A stretch of 64,000 nucleotides of DNA from Minisyncoccota bacterium (GTDB lineage: Bacteria > Patescibacteriota > Minisyncoccia > Phycocordibacterales > UBA2100): contig DATDWX010000027.1 in NCBI GenBank assembly GCA_036517335.1, positions 24,192-88,191 on the forward strand, read 5' to 3'. The notes beneath the pieces were generated by a model. That model did not search any database. It had not been told where the DNA came from and worked only from the letters and a program-made list of their open reading frames with translations. Shown here in pieces: positions 43,347 through 52,731 of this stretch. The translations under genes and the position numbers were made by a program. Positions within the stretch are counted from its first letter, which is position 1; every line of letters starts with the position of its first letter.

Positions 43347-44392
43347 CGAATACGATTTCCATCGCTGGCAAAAAAATCGGTCCGGGACAACCCGTCTACA
43401 TCATGGCCGAGGCGGGGGTGAATCACAACGGCTCTCTGGAGCGTGCGTACCAGCATATCCGCGAGGCCAAAAAAGCGGGCTGCGACGCGATCAAATTTCA
43501 GACGTACAAGGCCGAACACCTCACGACGAAAAAAGCTCCGAAGTATTGGAACGTGGGCGATGACGACCTTTCGCAATACGAGACCTTCTCGAAGCTCGAT
43601 GCGTTCCCGATCGAGTACTATCGCAAATGTATGGTGTACGCCAAAAAACAGGGCATCATGTTTTTCTCCACCCCATTTGATCTCGATTCGGTCGACTTGT
43701 TGGAAAAGATAGGCGTCCCCGCATACAAGATCGCCTCGGCCGATATCACCTTCTTCCCCCTCCTCAAAAAAGTGGCGAAGACCAAAAAACCGATGATCAT
43801 GTCCACGGGCGCTTCCACACTCGGTGAGATGGAAGAGGCAGTGGAATACGTGCGATCTTTTGGCAACAAAAAAATTATCCTCCTCCACTGCATCTTGAGC
43901 TATCCCACGGATGCGGAGGATGCAAATCTCCTGATGATCGATGATATTCAGCGCGCCTTCCCCGATATCCCGATCGGATTTTCCGACCACACCTTCGACC
44001 CCCTTACACCCGCCTTCGCGGTGATGCGTGGCGCGCGCATCATTGAGAAACACTACACGGTAGATAAATCACTGCCAGACAGCCCCGACCACAAGCTCGG
44101 TGTGGATCCCGATGAACTGAAGCAACTGTGTACTGCCGTGCGATTGGCCGAAAAAAGCCTGGGACAAACACATCGCAGCCCGCTCAAATCTGAAATGGCA
44201 GCGCGCAAGCTCGCCCGTCGCTCTCTCACCTCTGCCGTGGTTATTCCGAGGGGGGCCGTGATCACGCAGAAGATGCTCATGGGTAAACGGCCCGGCACAG
44301 GCATTCCCACGAAATTCATGGATGCGGTCGTCGGCCGCACGGCCCGTAAGAACATTCCTGAAGACACGACCCTTACCTGGGCGCATGTATAA
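43343..44392 (+). CDS. neuB: nonulosonic acid synthase (NeuB/PseI/LegI family) with C-terminal SAF domain
   Basis: PVYIMAEAGVNHNGSLERAYQHIREAKKAGCDAIKFQTY...PAYKIASADITFFPLLKKVAKTKKPMIMSTG, and the C-terminal antifreeze-like domain. Confidence 0.8.
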   Translation: MTNTISIAGKKIGPGQPVYIMAEAGVNHNGSLERAYQHIREAKKAGCDAIKFQTYKAEHLTTKKAPKYWNVGDDDLSQYETFSKLDAFPIEYYRKCMVYAKKQGIMFFSTPFDLDSVDLLEKIGVPAYKIASADITFFPLLKKVAKTKKPMIMSTGASTLGEMEEAVEYVRSFGNKKIILLHCILSYPTDAEDANLLMIDDIQRAFPDIPIGFSDHTFDPLTPAFAVMRGARIIEKHYTVDKSLPDSPDHKLGVDPDELKQLCTAVRLAEKSLGQTHRSPLKSEMAARKLARRSLTSAVVIPRGAVITQKMLMGKRPGTGIPTKFMDAVVGRTARKNIPEDTTLTWAHV

Positions 44393-45359
44393 AGGAATTG
44401 TCATCGGGTGCGGCAAGATCGGAGCATTGCTCGAAGCCAATGAAAAACGACCGAGGCCTCGCACACACGCGAGCGCGCTCACAGTGAATCCAAAAACCTC
44501 ACTCGCAGCTCTCGTTGACACCAACCCCGAGAATCTTAAACAAGCGAGTGCATTATTTCCTGGCGTTCCAACCCTTAGCGATCTCAAAGAGGTGCTCGCA
44601 CGAGTGAGGCCCGATATTGCAATCGTCGCAACCAATCCTGCAAGCCACGCCTTGATCGTGGAGCAGTGTGTGAAGAGTGGCGTGCCGATTATCATCGGTG
44701 AAAAGCCGCTCGCAGATTCTCTCGAAAATGCGCAGCGAATTCGACAGGCGATAAGGAAAAGCGGCGCGACCTTTGCACTCAACTATCAGCGGCGCTATTT
44801 CCCTCTTTTTGCGCATGCGAAGAAGCGCCTTGCAGCAGATGAGATTGGACGCATCCACACGATCGAGTGCCGCTATGATAATGGGCTTTTCAACAACGGC
44901 GGCCACGCGATCGACAGCATGCAATTTCTCATTGGGAATCGCATAGCCCATGTCTCGGGTACGGTGAATGCCCGCAACCCGACCTATCCGGAGAGCGATC
45001 CGAATATCGACGGTGAGGGAATGATGCAGAACGGCGTGCAGATTTTCTTCAAAAGTTTCGATCAAAAGATTTCACCGATCCATGAGCTGCACGTTTCGGG
45101 CGAAAATGGATCGCTTCACGTACTCGATTACGGGTATAGCTTTGAGTGGAGCGACACATCGGGCAAAACAACCCGCTCTGAACGAGACGAGGTCAGCATG
45201 ACTGCGGGCGCCTTGGAGGACGCCCTCGACGCATATGAGAAGAAACGATCTCCACTAAGCGGCACTCCCAACGGGATCGAAACACTCACGGTTCTTGAGG
45301 CGTTTTCCGAGAGCGCGAAACACAATGGCAAGCGAGTTGAAGTTGCGTATACTGGGTAA
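44385..45359 (+). CDS. Gfo/Idh/MocA-family oxidoreductase
   Basis: MYKGIVIGCGKIGA Rossmann N-terminus, and EKPLADSLENAQ. Start at the internal Met overlapping the neuB stop. Confidence 0.65.
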   Translation: MYKGIVIGCGKIGALLEANEKRPRPRTHASALTVNPKTSLAALVDTNPENLKQASALFPGVPTLSDLKEVLARVRPDIAIVATNPASHALIVEQCVKSGVPIIIGEKPLADSLENAQRIRQAIRKSGATFALNYQRRYFPLFAHAKKRLAADEIGRIHTIECRYDNGLFNNGGHAIDSMQFLIGNRIAHVSGTVNARNPTYPESDPNIDGEGMMQNGVQIFFKSFDQKISPIHELHVSGENGSLHVLDYGYSFEWSDTSGKTTRSERDEVSMTAGALEDALDAYEKKRSPLSGTPNGIETLTVLEAFSESAKHNGKRVEVAYTG

Positions 45360-45360
45360 T

Positions 45361-46647
45361 ATGCAAACACGGAGGGCAGTTCTTGCGATCAACGGCGGCA
45401 AACCCGTTTTCAACGGGAAGCTTCCGGAGATACACAATCATGACCGAAAGGAAGTGGCCGCTGCTACACGCGTCATTATGCACGGTCCGCTCTCGGGATT
45501 CGTCGGGGTGGCGGGGAAGCGTTTCCTTGGCGGAAGGGAGGTGCGCGCGCTTGAAGCGTCATTCGCAAAAAAGTTCAAAGTGAAGCATGCGGTGTCCTTC
45601 AATTCGGCGACCACTGCGCTGCATGCCGCCATTGTCGCGCTCGAGATCGGACCGGGCGATGAGGTGATCGTGCCGCCATATTCGATGTCGGCTTCTGCTA
45701 CCGCAATTCTTGCGAATGGCGCCGTGCCGATATTTGCGGATATCGACGAGCGCACGTTTTGTATCGACCCCAAGTCCGTTCGGCGGCGCATCACAAAAAA
45801 CACGAAGGCGATCATGGTCGTTAATCTCTATGGGCAAGCCGCGGATTTCACCGAGCTTTTGCAAATAGCCAAACAACGCAAACTCAAGCTCATTGAAGAC
45901 AACGCGCAATCGCCCGGCGCGAAATGGAAGGGGAAATTTGCGGGCACCATCGGCGACGTAGGTGTTTTTAGCTTCAACGTCCACAAGACAATGCAGACAG
46001 GCGAGGGCGGCATGCTCGTGACCAACAGCGCGCGCGCAGCACAGCGCGCGCAGCTCTGTCGCAATCACGGGGAAGCGGTCGTAGATCAGATGCCCCAGTA
46101 CGATGCTGGCCCGATTTTTGGTAGCAACTATCGCATGACAGAGCTCATCGCGGCGATCGCTCGTATCCAGATCACCCGCCTCGATCACCTGACCAGAAAG
46201 CGCCAGGCACTCGCCGCGCATCTCACAAAGAGGCTCGCAAAAATTCCGGGTATTACGCCGCCTTTCGTCCATCCAGGCAACACACATGTCTACTACCGCT
46301 ACACAATCAAAGTAAATCCAAAGATCCTCGGTATTTCACGCGATACACTCGCAGAGGCGATGGCAGCCGAGGGATTCCCCATTTCTAAGGGCTACGTGAG
46401 GCCAATCCATCTCCTACCGGTCTTCCAATCCCGCCGAGCGTTCAACAATACTGAATTTCCGTTCAAGAATAGCTACTACGACGGCAACCCTGATTATTCC
46501 AAAGGGACATGCCCGGTGGTGGAGCGATTGGAAGAGCAAGAGATCACACTCACTGACATCTGTCAGCACCCAAATACAAAAAAGCATACTGATCTCTTTG
46601 TACAAGCGCTCCTGAAAGTGCTCGCACACAAAGATGAACTCCGCTAA
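45361..46647 (+). CDS. DegT/DnrJ/EryC1-family sugar aminotransferase (PseC/LegC-like)
   Basis: FSFNVHKTMQTGEGGML, the PLP-Lys motif. Start at MQTRRAVLAINGGKPVF, immediately after the preceding stop. Confidence 0.7.
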   Translation: MQTRRAVLAINGGKPVFNGKLPEIHNHDRKEVAAATRVIMHGPLSGFVGVAGKRFLGGREVRALEASFAKKFKVKHAVSFNSATTALHAAIVALEIGPGDEVIVPPYSMSASATAILANGAVPIFADIDERTFCIDPKSVRRRITKNTKAIMVVNLYGQAADFTELLQIAKQRKLKLIEDNAQSPGAKWKGKFAGTIGDVGVFSFNVHKTMQTGEGGMLVTNSARAAQRAQLCRNHGEAVVDQMPQYDAGPIFGSNYRMTELIAAIARIQITRLDHLTRKRQALAAHLTKRLAKIPGITPPFVHPGNTHVYYRYTIKVNPKILGISRDTLAEAMAAEGFPISKGYVRPIHLLPVFQSRRAFNNTEFPFKNSYYDGNPDYSKGTCPVVERLEEQEITLTDICQHPNTKKHTDLFVQALLKVLAHKDELR

Positions 46648-47695
46648 AAAGATCTTGTTCAGCGCCAACGACCCGGGCGGGTGGAATGCCATCCTACCGG
46701 TCGTGCGCGCACTCGTTGAAAGAGGCGACGTCGCGCAAGGTATTCTAACCGGCCCCGCCCTCGATCAATTTCGTTCTCTTGACTCCTCATCCCAATACTT
46801 CGTTATAAAACGAAGTATTGGGATCATCGATGGCGCGCAATTTTCTGACAATGATCTTGCGCGAGAGATTGCAGCATTCAAACCGGATGTGTATCTCGCC
46901 GCTTCCTCTATTGGAAATTCTATAGACAAACGGATATTCAAATTATTGAGAAATATCACATCCGTGTACGTGGTGGATTTTTGGTCGCACTACGCGCACC
47001 GATTCGTAGAGAAGCAGCAAGACTTACGTCACATGCCCACGCGCATCTGCGTCATCGATGAGCGGATGAAAAAGATGATGCTCGAAGAGAGATTTCCGGA
47101 AGAGCGCATCACGATTACGGGCAATCCACATTTTGATCATTTTGCCGATGCCATCACAAGCGACCACGAAGATAACACCCGCGCCGTATTTATTTCGCAA
47201 CCCATCAAGCAGGATAAAAAGCACGCAGGGTATGCCGACCGAGGGTTCGACGAGTTTGGAACATTCGAAAGCGTCATCCGCTGCCTGCCCGATGATCTGC
47301 ATCTTTCAATACGCCTTCATCCGCGCGAGAAGCGAGCAAAGTTCAACGCATACCTGAATGATCGGATCACGGTGGGAGACGAAGCAACATTGGAAGAAGC
47401 GCTCTCGAAAGCCGGACTCGTCATCGGCATGTTCAGCCCTGTTCTCATGCAATCCGCGCTCGCGGGCAAACCAACCATCAGCTACCAGCCGGGCAATGCC
47501 GAAGATCCCTTGCCGACCAACCCAGTCGGTATCACCAAGCTTGCGAGGAACGAGAGCGAATTGCGAGCACTCATAAAAAAATATCAAGACTGGCAATTTC
47601 CAAAATCGAAGGAAAAAGTCGAGAATATCTGGCCCAAAGGCGCGACAGAGCGCGTTGTCGCCGTCATTGATGAGATAATCACAGGCAAGGTATGA
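46634..47695 (+). CDS. GT28-C/PseG-like UDP-sugar hydrolase or glycosyltransferase
   Basis: Weak resemblance of the C-terminal GLVIGMFSPVLMQSALAGKPTISYQP to MurG/PseG C-domains. Placement inside the nonulosonic acid cassette supports the call. Confidence 0.35.
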   Translation: MNSAKKILFSANDPGGWNAILPVVRALVERGDVAQGILTGPALDQFRSLDSSSQYFVIKRSIGIIDGAQFSDNDLAREIAAFKPDVYLAASSIGNSIDKRIFKLLRNITSVYVVDFWSHYAHRFVEKQQDLRHMPTRICVIDERMKKMMLEERFPEERITITGNPHFDHFADAITSDHEDNTRAVFISQPIKQDKKHAGYADRGFDEFGTFESVIRCLPDDLHLSIRLHPREKRAKFNAYLNDRITVGDEATLEEALSKAGLVIGMFSPVLMQSALAGKPTISYQPGNAEDPLPTNPVGITKLARNESELRALIKKYQDWQFPKSKEKVENIWPKGATERVVAVIDEIITGKV

Positions 47696-48450
47696 TTGAC
47701 GGAAAGAAAGTAGTGGCGACGATTGAGGGGCGGATGACTTCTTCTCGCTTGCCGGGGAAGATACTGCTGCCCCTCTCGGGGAGGCCGGTGATGGCTCATA
47801 TGATCGAACGGCATCGGAGAAGCAAACTTGTTGATGCAGTGGTGGTGGCGACGACTACGAATGCAAGCGATGACCCTGTCGTTGCTTTGTGCGAGGAAAT
47901 GAAGTGCGCCTACTTTCGCGGCAGCGAGAACGATGTGTTTGCGCGCGTGGCGGGGGCAGGGGAGAAATACGGCGCGGAATTTTTGCTGCAAGGCATGGCT
48001 GACTGTCCGCTGGTGGATCATCGGCATATGGATATATGCCTTACGTTGCTCGCAAGCTCGGGCGCCGATGTGGCTGGCAACGAATATCCTGTGACGTTCC
48101 CGCTCGGCTTCAACGTGCGTGCATACAAATTTTCTACATTCAGAAAAGCCGAGCAAGAAGACACCGACCCCGCCTATCGTGAACACGCGGGCTACTCCAT
48201 CCGCTCACAACCGGAGAAATTCAGAGTGGTAAATTGGGAAGCGCAAGGGAGGATGCGCTGGCCCTCTCTTCGTCTCACGCTCGATACTCCAGAGGATTAC
48301 ACACTTATTTCGGCTGTATACGATGCGCTATATCCGAAGAACTCTGACTTCTCCGCAGAAGACGTCGTACAGTTTTTACGGGGACGGCCTGACTTGGTCG
48401 CACTCAACAGCGAGATCAAACAAAAAGTACCGAAGCTCGAACGGGGCTAG
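47692..48450 (+). CDS. neuA: acylneuraminate (nonulosonate) cytidylyltransferase, NeuA/PseF/LegF-like
   Basis: VVATIEGRMTSSRLPGKILLPLSGRPVMAHMIER is the CMP-sugar synthetase N-terminus, with SpsF-like CTP_transf_3 architecture. Confidence 0.7.
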   Translation: MIDGKKVVATIEGRMTSSRLPGKILLPLSGRPVMAHMIERHRRSKLVDAVVVATTTNASDDPVVALCEEMKCAYFRGSENDVFARVAGAGEKYGAEFLLQGMADCPLVDHRHMDICLTLLASSGADVAGNEYPVTFPLGFNVRAYKFSTFRKAEQEDTDPAYREHAGYSIRSQPEKFRVVNWEAQGRMRWPSLRLTLDTPEDYTLISAVYDALYPKNSDFSAEDVVQFLRGRPDLVALNSEIKQKVPKLERG

Positions 48451-49451
48451 ACAATTTCTGAAAGCGCGACGAACCGCTTTTCGGCATGCGAGAGCCGCGC
48501 AGCATCGAGAATGCGCGCCTGCACCAGCAGATCTGCCCCGTACTTTTTGGTGCTCCGAGCGCCGAGCATGATCTCTTTGCAAAAATCATCGATCATTAGG
48601 CGGAAGTGATCCGCTGGCTCGATAGGAATTTCGGTGATCGTGTCATCTTTGTTCAAAAATATTTTTACCGCCCTGTCTTTCGGCACCGCATACGCGCGCT
48701 CCAGCGCCACCTGCGCCTGCGTGCCCAGCACGCGGTAGGTAGATTGAAAGTACGAGCCGAAAATGCTCGACACAAAAGCCGACTTGCCGCCGGGATACGT
48801 GAGCAACATGTCCACTTTTGTATCAATGCCCGTTTGCGCATCAAGAGCGAGCGTGCACGCCACGCTGACGGGCTCCGCATTGAATACAATTCTACTGGCG
48901 GCAATGGGGTAGACGGCCGCATCATTCAATACGCCACCGCCGAGATCGCGCTTCAGAATATTGGCTTCCTTCCCCGGCATGGGCACGGCGAAGCATCCGT
49001 CGAAGGTCAAAAGCTCCCCGAGGGTTCCGCCATCAATGAGTTGCCGTACTTTCGCGTGCTGCGGGTGTGAGAGGAACATAAAGCCCTCCATAAGGCGCAC
49101 GCTATTCCTTTTTGCGGCCTCCACCATGCGCTTGGCTGAAGGGTAGGTAAGTGCCGCGGGCTTCTCGCACCACACGTGCTTGCCCGCCCCCGCCGCCTTG
49201 ACCGCCCATTCTTCGTGCAATGAGTTGGGGAGAGAAATATAGACCGCGTCTATATCGCTTTTTAGCACGTCATCATACGTACCGGTGCTGCAGCCGTATT
49301 CCACTGCAACGCTTTTGACTTGCTCGGGCACTCTACTGCCGATCATCGAGAGGTGCGCGACTGGTGATTCAGCAAGTGCGGGCAACACAGATCTCTTCGC
49401 GATGCGCGAACACCCGAGCACACCAAAGCGGATTTTTTGGTTGTCGTTCAT
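48447..49451 (-). CDS. Gfo/Idh/MocA-family oxidoreductase
   Basis: IRFGVLGCSRIAKRSVLPAL, and EKPAALTYPSAKRMVEAAKRNSV. Confidence 0.7.
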   Translation of the reverse strand: MNDNQKIRFGVLGCSRIAKRSVLPALAESPVAHLSMIGSRVPEQVKSVAVEYGCSTGTYDDVLKSDIDAVYISLPNSLHEEWAVKAAGAGKHVWCEKPAALTYPSAKRMVEAAKRNSVRLMEGFMFLSHPQHAKVRQLIDGGTLGELLTFDGCFAVPMPGKEANILKRDLGGGVLNDAAVYPIAASRIVFNAEPVSVACTLALDAQTGIDTKVDMLLTYPGGKSAFVSSIFGSYFQSTYRVLGTQAQVALERAYAVPKDRAVKIFLNKDDTITEIPIEPADHFRLMIDDFCKEIMLGARSTKKYGADLLVQARILDAARLSHAEKRFVALSEIV

Positions 49452-49460
49452 TACAAAAAC

Positions 49461-49883
49461 TTACTGACTGGGCATCTTGAAATTGGGGTCCCCATGATCG
49501 CCCCTGCCCATCCCAAGGTTCTCGTGCACGATGGGTTTCTCACAATCGTCCCATTTTTTCGTGAGCATGCTCACGAGATTTACGTCGGTGATGCCATACA
49601 ATACGTGCACTGCGCCGGCGGGGATGTGGATGCAATCGCCCTTGCTCACATAGAGAAACGACTCTTTATCTTTCTCTTTCGTCACGATTACGCCCGTGCC
49701 GTCGGTAATGACGTAGTATTCGTCGAATTCCGGATGGTAGTGATTGCCTCGCACCTTCCCCTTGTTGAGAAAGAGGAAGTTGAACTCCACGATGGGCTTA
49801 TCGGGGTAAAAGGTAAAAATACCACCCCTTCCGTCCCGAACGGTGTCGAGATTGCACGCAGGATCAATTTTCCGTATTTTCAT
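49461..49883 (-). CDS. cupin-fold protein, WxcM/FdtA-like sugar ketoisomerase candidate
   Basis: 140 aa; RGNHYHPEFDEYYVITDGTGVIV...GDCIHIPAGAVH is the cupin two-His motif. Confidence 0.45.
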   Translation of the reverse strand: MKIRKIDPACNLDTVRDGRGGIFTFYPDKPIVEFNFLFLNKGKVRGNHYHPEFDEYYVITDGTGVIVTKEKDKESFLYVSKGDCIHIPAGAVHVLYGITDVNLVSMLTKKWDDCEKPIVHENLGMGRGDHGDPNFKMPSQ

Positions 49884-49943
49884 GGCGAGATTCCGATACC
49901 ATCATCCTAACAAAGTATCCCACCCGTGCAATCCGAATGTGGC

Positions 49944-50201
49944 CTATCCATACAATTCGCTGTGAGTCCCTATGCGCATGAACAATACGTCAAAGTTCCG
50001 TTCCTTGAAAATCGCCCTGTAATCTCCTGTCACATTGATGCTGCGACAACCGGGGAAACGTTTGTCCACGGAGTGGTTGTTGAGGAGCGGATGAAATATA
50101 TCGGTACGGAACAAATCAGCACGTTCAAAAAATTTCCGCTGGATCCCCTGCGACAGTTTGTCGAATTCCTTCTCGAACCGACGATGGAAACGAATGATCA
50201 T
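49944..50201 (-). CDS. relE: RelE/ParE-superfamily type II toxin
   Basis: MIIRFHRRFEKEFDKL...HPLLNNHSV...GCRSINVTGDYRAIFK...IGTHSELY matches the RelE/StbE pattern. Confidence 0.65.
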   Translation of the reverse strand: MIIRFHRRFEKEFDKLSQGIQRKFFERADLFRTDIFHPLLNNHSVDKRFPGCRSINVTGDYRAIFKERNFDVLFMRIGTHSELYG

Positions 50202-50482
50202 GTCCTGCTGCGCTTGAGGTATGCCTCCATTTCTTCGACAGTAGAAAAGGCGGGAGAAATGTTCTTCCCCCGCTCGGCATCGCGCAATATTGTGCGAATG
50301 CTACGTGCTGTTTGTGCGTTGAATCTCTCCTCGTTGACGATGCCGACGTCGAATTTGCCCTCCGCGAAGGCTTTTGTGGCAAGTTTCAAAACTGCGGCAA
50401 AAGGCACGCCCTCTCGCTTGGCGCGGCGCATCGCCTGCGCCTTGATCTTGGAATCAACTTTGAATACAACCTGTGAAGTCAT
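50198..50482 (-). CDS. relB: RelB/DinJ-family antitoxin
   Basis: 94 aa with an N-terminal RHH-like segment (VVFKVDSKIKAQAMRRAKREGVPFAAVLKLA). It lies upstream of the toxin and overlaps it by 4 bp. Confidence 0.55.
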   Translation of the reverse strand: MTSQVVFKVDSKIKAQAMRRAKREGVPFAAVLKLATKAFAEGKFDVGIVNEERFNAQTARSIRTILRDAERGKNISPAFSTVEEMEAYLKRSRT

Positions 50483-50572
50483 TTGTATATCTTATAGATA
50501 GCTTAAAGATATGTCAACGCTATAGGCATAGGAAGGGTATCTCTGCGATTTTCGCTATGGTATCGTGGGTGA

Positions 50573-52015
50573 ATGAAATGGTCTGAGCGTGTCTCCACTG
50601 ATTACGCTGTCGTCGCAATTCTTGTTGCGATCGCGCTCTGCGCTCGTTTCTTGTCGTTTGGCTACCTCTCCTCACTTGCGGATATACGTCCGGCAGCATA
50701 TCCCTACCCGATCATTCAGGGGGACTCCATGCGTTATGCGGAGTGGGCGGACAACCTTATCACCTACCATGCGTATCAAGACAATGCGGGGTTGCCGCTA
50801 CGCTCGGTACCACCGGCGTACCCGGGACTGCTCGCTGTGTCAAAGGCGCTCACCGGAAGTTTTGCGCCGCTTGTCTTCATGCAAATACTTTTTGCCGCGC
50901 TAGCGGTCGCTCTCATATACAAAATGGCGCGCACGCTCCTCCCCGTACCGTACGCGGTGGTACCCGCGATCGTTTACGCCCTAGACCCTATGGCCGTTTT
51001 TACCGATTCGGCCGCGCTGACTGACGGGTTATTTAGCGCACTTCTTGTATGCGTCGTCTATCTCACGTTTTTTCAATTGTTCACGCGCGGAAGGGAATTG
51101 GTGCGGTGGGGCTTGATTGGCCTCTTGCTTGGCGTCCTCACTATGATCCGGCCTATCGCGCAATTCCTCGTTGTAGTGTTTCCAGCTATGTACCTGGTGC
51201 GCACATGGATGGATGGACATCAGAGCGACAGCTCTCGCTTGAAGATGATTGCTGTCTGCGCTCTGGCGTTTGCACTCGTTGTTGTCCCGTGGATGGTGCG
51301 CAACAAAATCGTCCACGACTCATTCGAAATATCCATCATCGGCACGCATAATCTCCTGACCAACAACGTAAAAGGTTTTCTCGGGTGGCGAGCGTTTGCA
51401 GAAAGTGGGCACCCTATGCCAGCGATTCTCGCCATGCGGCATTTTGGGGACCCCGTCTTCGAAGCAGTCGAGGAGCGTATTGCGGGGGATTTGGCACGGG
51501 CGACGCCTCCGGGCAAAAGCTACGTGAGCTACGAAGGCGGCCTCGCTATCAATTACATCTTCCACGATCCGATACGATACGCGTATTTTCATGGCGTAAA
51601 TACAATACCGTTCTTCCTCTCAAGTAGCATCGCGTCCTACGGACAGATCGTGCGGCAACTGCGCGACAACGAGGGTTTCTCTGAGTCTGTAACGCTCTCA
51701 CTCCTAGGTACGCTCGGAGAACTTAGGCATCCTTCAAACTTCCATGCGTGGGCCCTCGCCCTGTGGTCGCTCGCGCCCAAGGCGCTCGAGATCTCATGGT
51801 GGTTGCTGGTCGCGCTCTTGGCGCTAATCGCGCTCGTGCTGCGACGCCGTGATAGCACAATACTGTTGTGTGCGGTACTGGTGCTTTATTTCGCCGTGCT
51901 GACGGGCCCAATGTCGAATTCGCGATACCGTATTCCAGCAGAGCCGTATTTGGTGATGCTCGCTGCGGCCGGTGCTCACACTCTCATCGAGCGGCTGAAG
52001 AAACGATCGTCATGA
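50573..52015 (+). CDS. GT-C-fold polytopic membrane glycosyltransferase (GT39/GT83, ArnT/PMT-like)
   Basis: 480 aa with about 11 TM helices. The N-terminal loop carries the acidic/aromatic motif (QGDSMRYAEWADN). It is followed by a DPM1-like GT2. Confidence 0.5.
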   Translation: MKWSERVSTDYAVVAILVAIALCARFLSFGYLSSLADIRPAAYPYPIIQGDSMRYAEWADNLITYHAYQDNAGLPLRSVPPAYPGLLAVSKALTGSFAPLVFMQILFAALAVALIYKMARTLLPVPYAVVPAIVYALDPMAVFTDSAALTDGLFSALLVCVVYLTFFQLFTRGRELVRWGLIGLLLGVLTMIRPIAQFLVVVFPAMYLVRTWMDGHQSDSSRLKMIAVCALAFALVVVPWMVRNKIVHDSFEISIIGTHNLLTNNVKGFLGWRAFAESGHPMPAILAMRHFGDPVFEAVEERIAGDLARATPPGKSYVSYEGGLAINYIFHDPIRYAYFHGVNTIPFFLSSSIASYGQIVRQLRDNEGFSESVTLSLLGTLGELRHPSNFHAWALALWSLAPKALEISWWLLVALLALIALVLRRRDSTILLCAVLVLYFAVLTGPMSNSRYRIPAEPYLVMLAAAGAHTLIERLKKRSS

Positions 52016-52018
52016 AAA

Positions 52019-52726
52019 TTGACCATGAAAATTGAACTGTGCATTCCCGCGTTCAATGAAGAGAGAGTCATTGCAGAGTCCGCTATGCGGGTGCGGGACG
52101 CGCTCCGAACGATCTCATCTGATTCCCGCGTGACCGTTGTCTCCAACGCCTCGACCGACGTGACGGCGGCGCGCGCTGGCAGTGTGGAAGGTATACATGT
52201 CCTCCAGATCAAGGAACGCGGTAAAGGCGCGGCGATTGTTGCCGCAGCGCGAGAATCTCACACTGATTTTTTTGGCTTTATTGATGCCGATCTTTCCGCC
52301 GACCCATCTGATATCACCGTTCTTTTCCGCGCACTTGAGCGGGGAGAATGTGATATTGCGATCGGATCACGACTGATGGACACTGGTATGGTCGAGCGCA
52401 CTTGGATGCGCACCATGAGCTCGCGTGCTTTCAACATGCTTCGGAAATTGCTGCTCGGCATCTCCGCCCAAGACTCTCAATGCGGCCTCAAGCTGATGAA
52501 TGAGAGAGGGCGGAGCATTCTTGCTTCATGCCAAGAGACCGGATGGTTTTTGGATATGGAGCTGCTTTTTTGCGCGGAGCGCGCGGGATTGCGCGTCCAC
52601 GAAATACCGATCCATTGGAACGAGCAGCGATATGAAGGTCGGGCGAGCAAATTGCGCGTCATGAGAGATGGTATCGGCGCGCTCACGGCTATGATGCGGA
52701 TACGTCGGCGATATATGGGACAATAG
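52019..52726 (+). CDS. family 2 glycosyltransferase (polyprenyl-phosphate sugar synthase-like, soluble)
   Basis: LCIPAFNEERVI, FIDADLSADP, QCGLKLM. Confidence 0.7.
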   Translation: MTMKIELCIPAFNEERVIAESAMRVRDALRTISSDSRVTVVSNASTDVTAARAGSVEGIHVLQIKERGKGAAIVAAARESHTDFFGFIDADLSADPSDITVLFRALERGECDIAIGSRLMDTGMVERTWMRTMSSRAFNMLRKLLLGISAQDSQCGLKLMNERGRSILASCQETGWFLDMELLFCAERAGLRVHEIPIHWNEQRYEGRASKLRVMRDGIGALTAMMRIRRRYMGQ

Positions 52727-52731
52727 CATCT

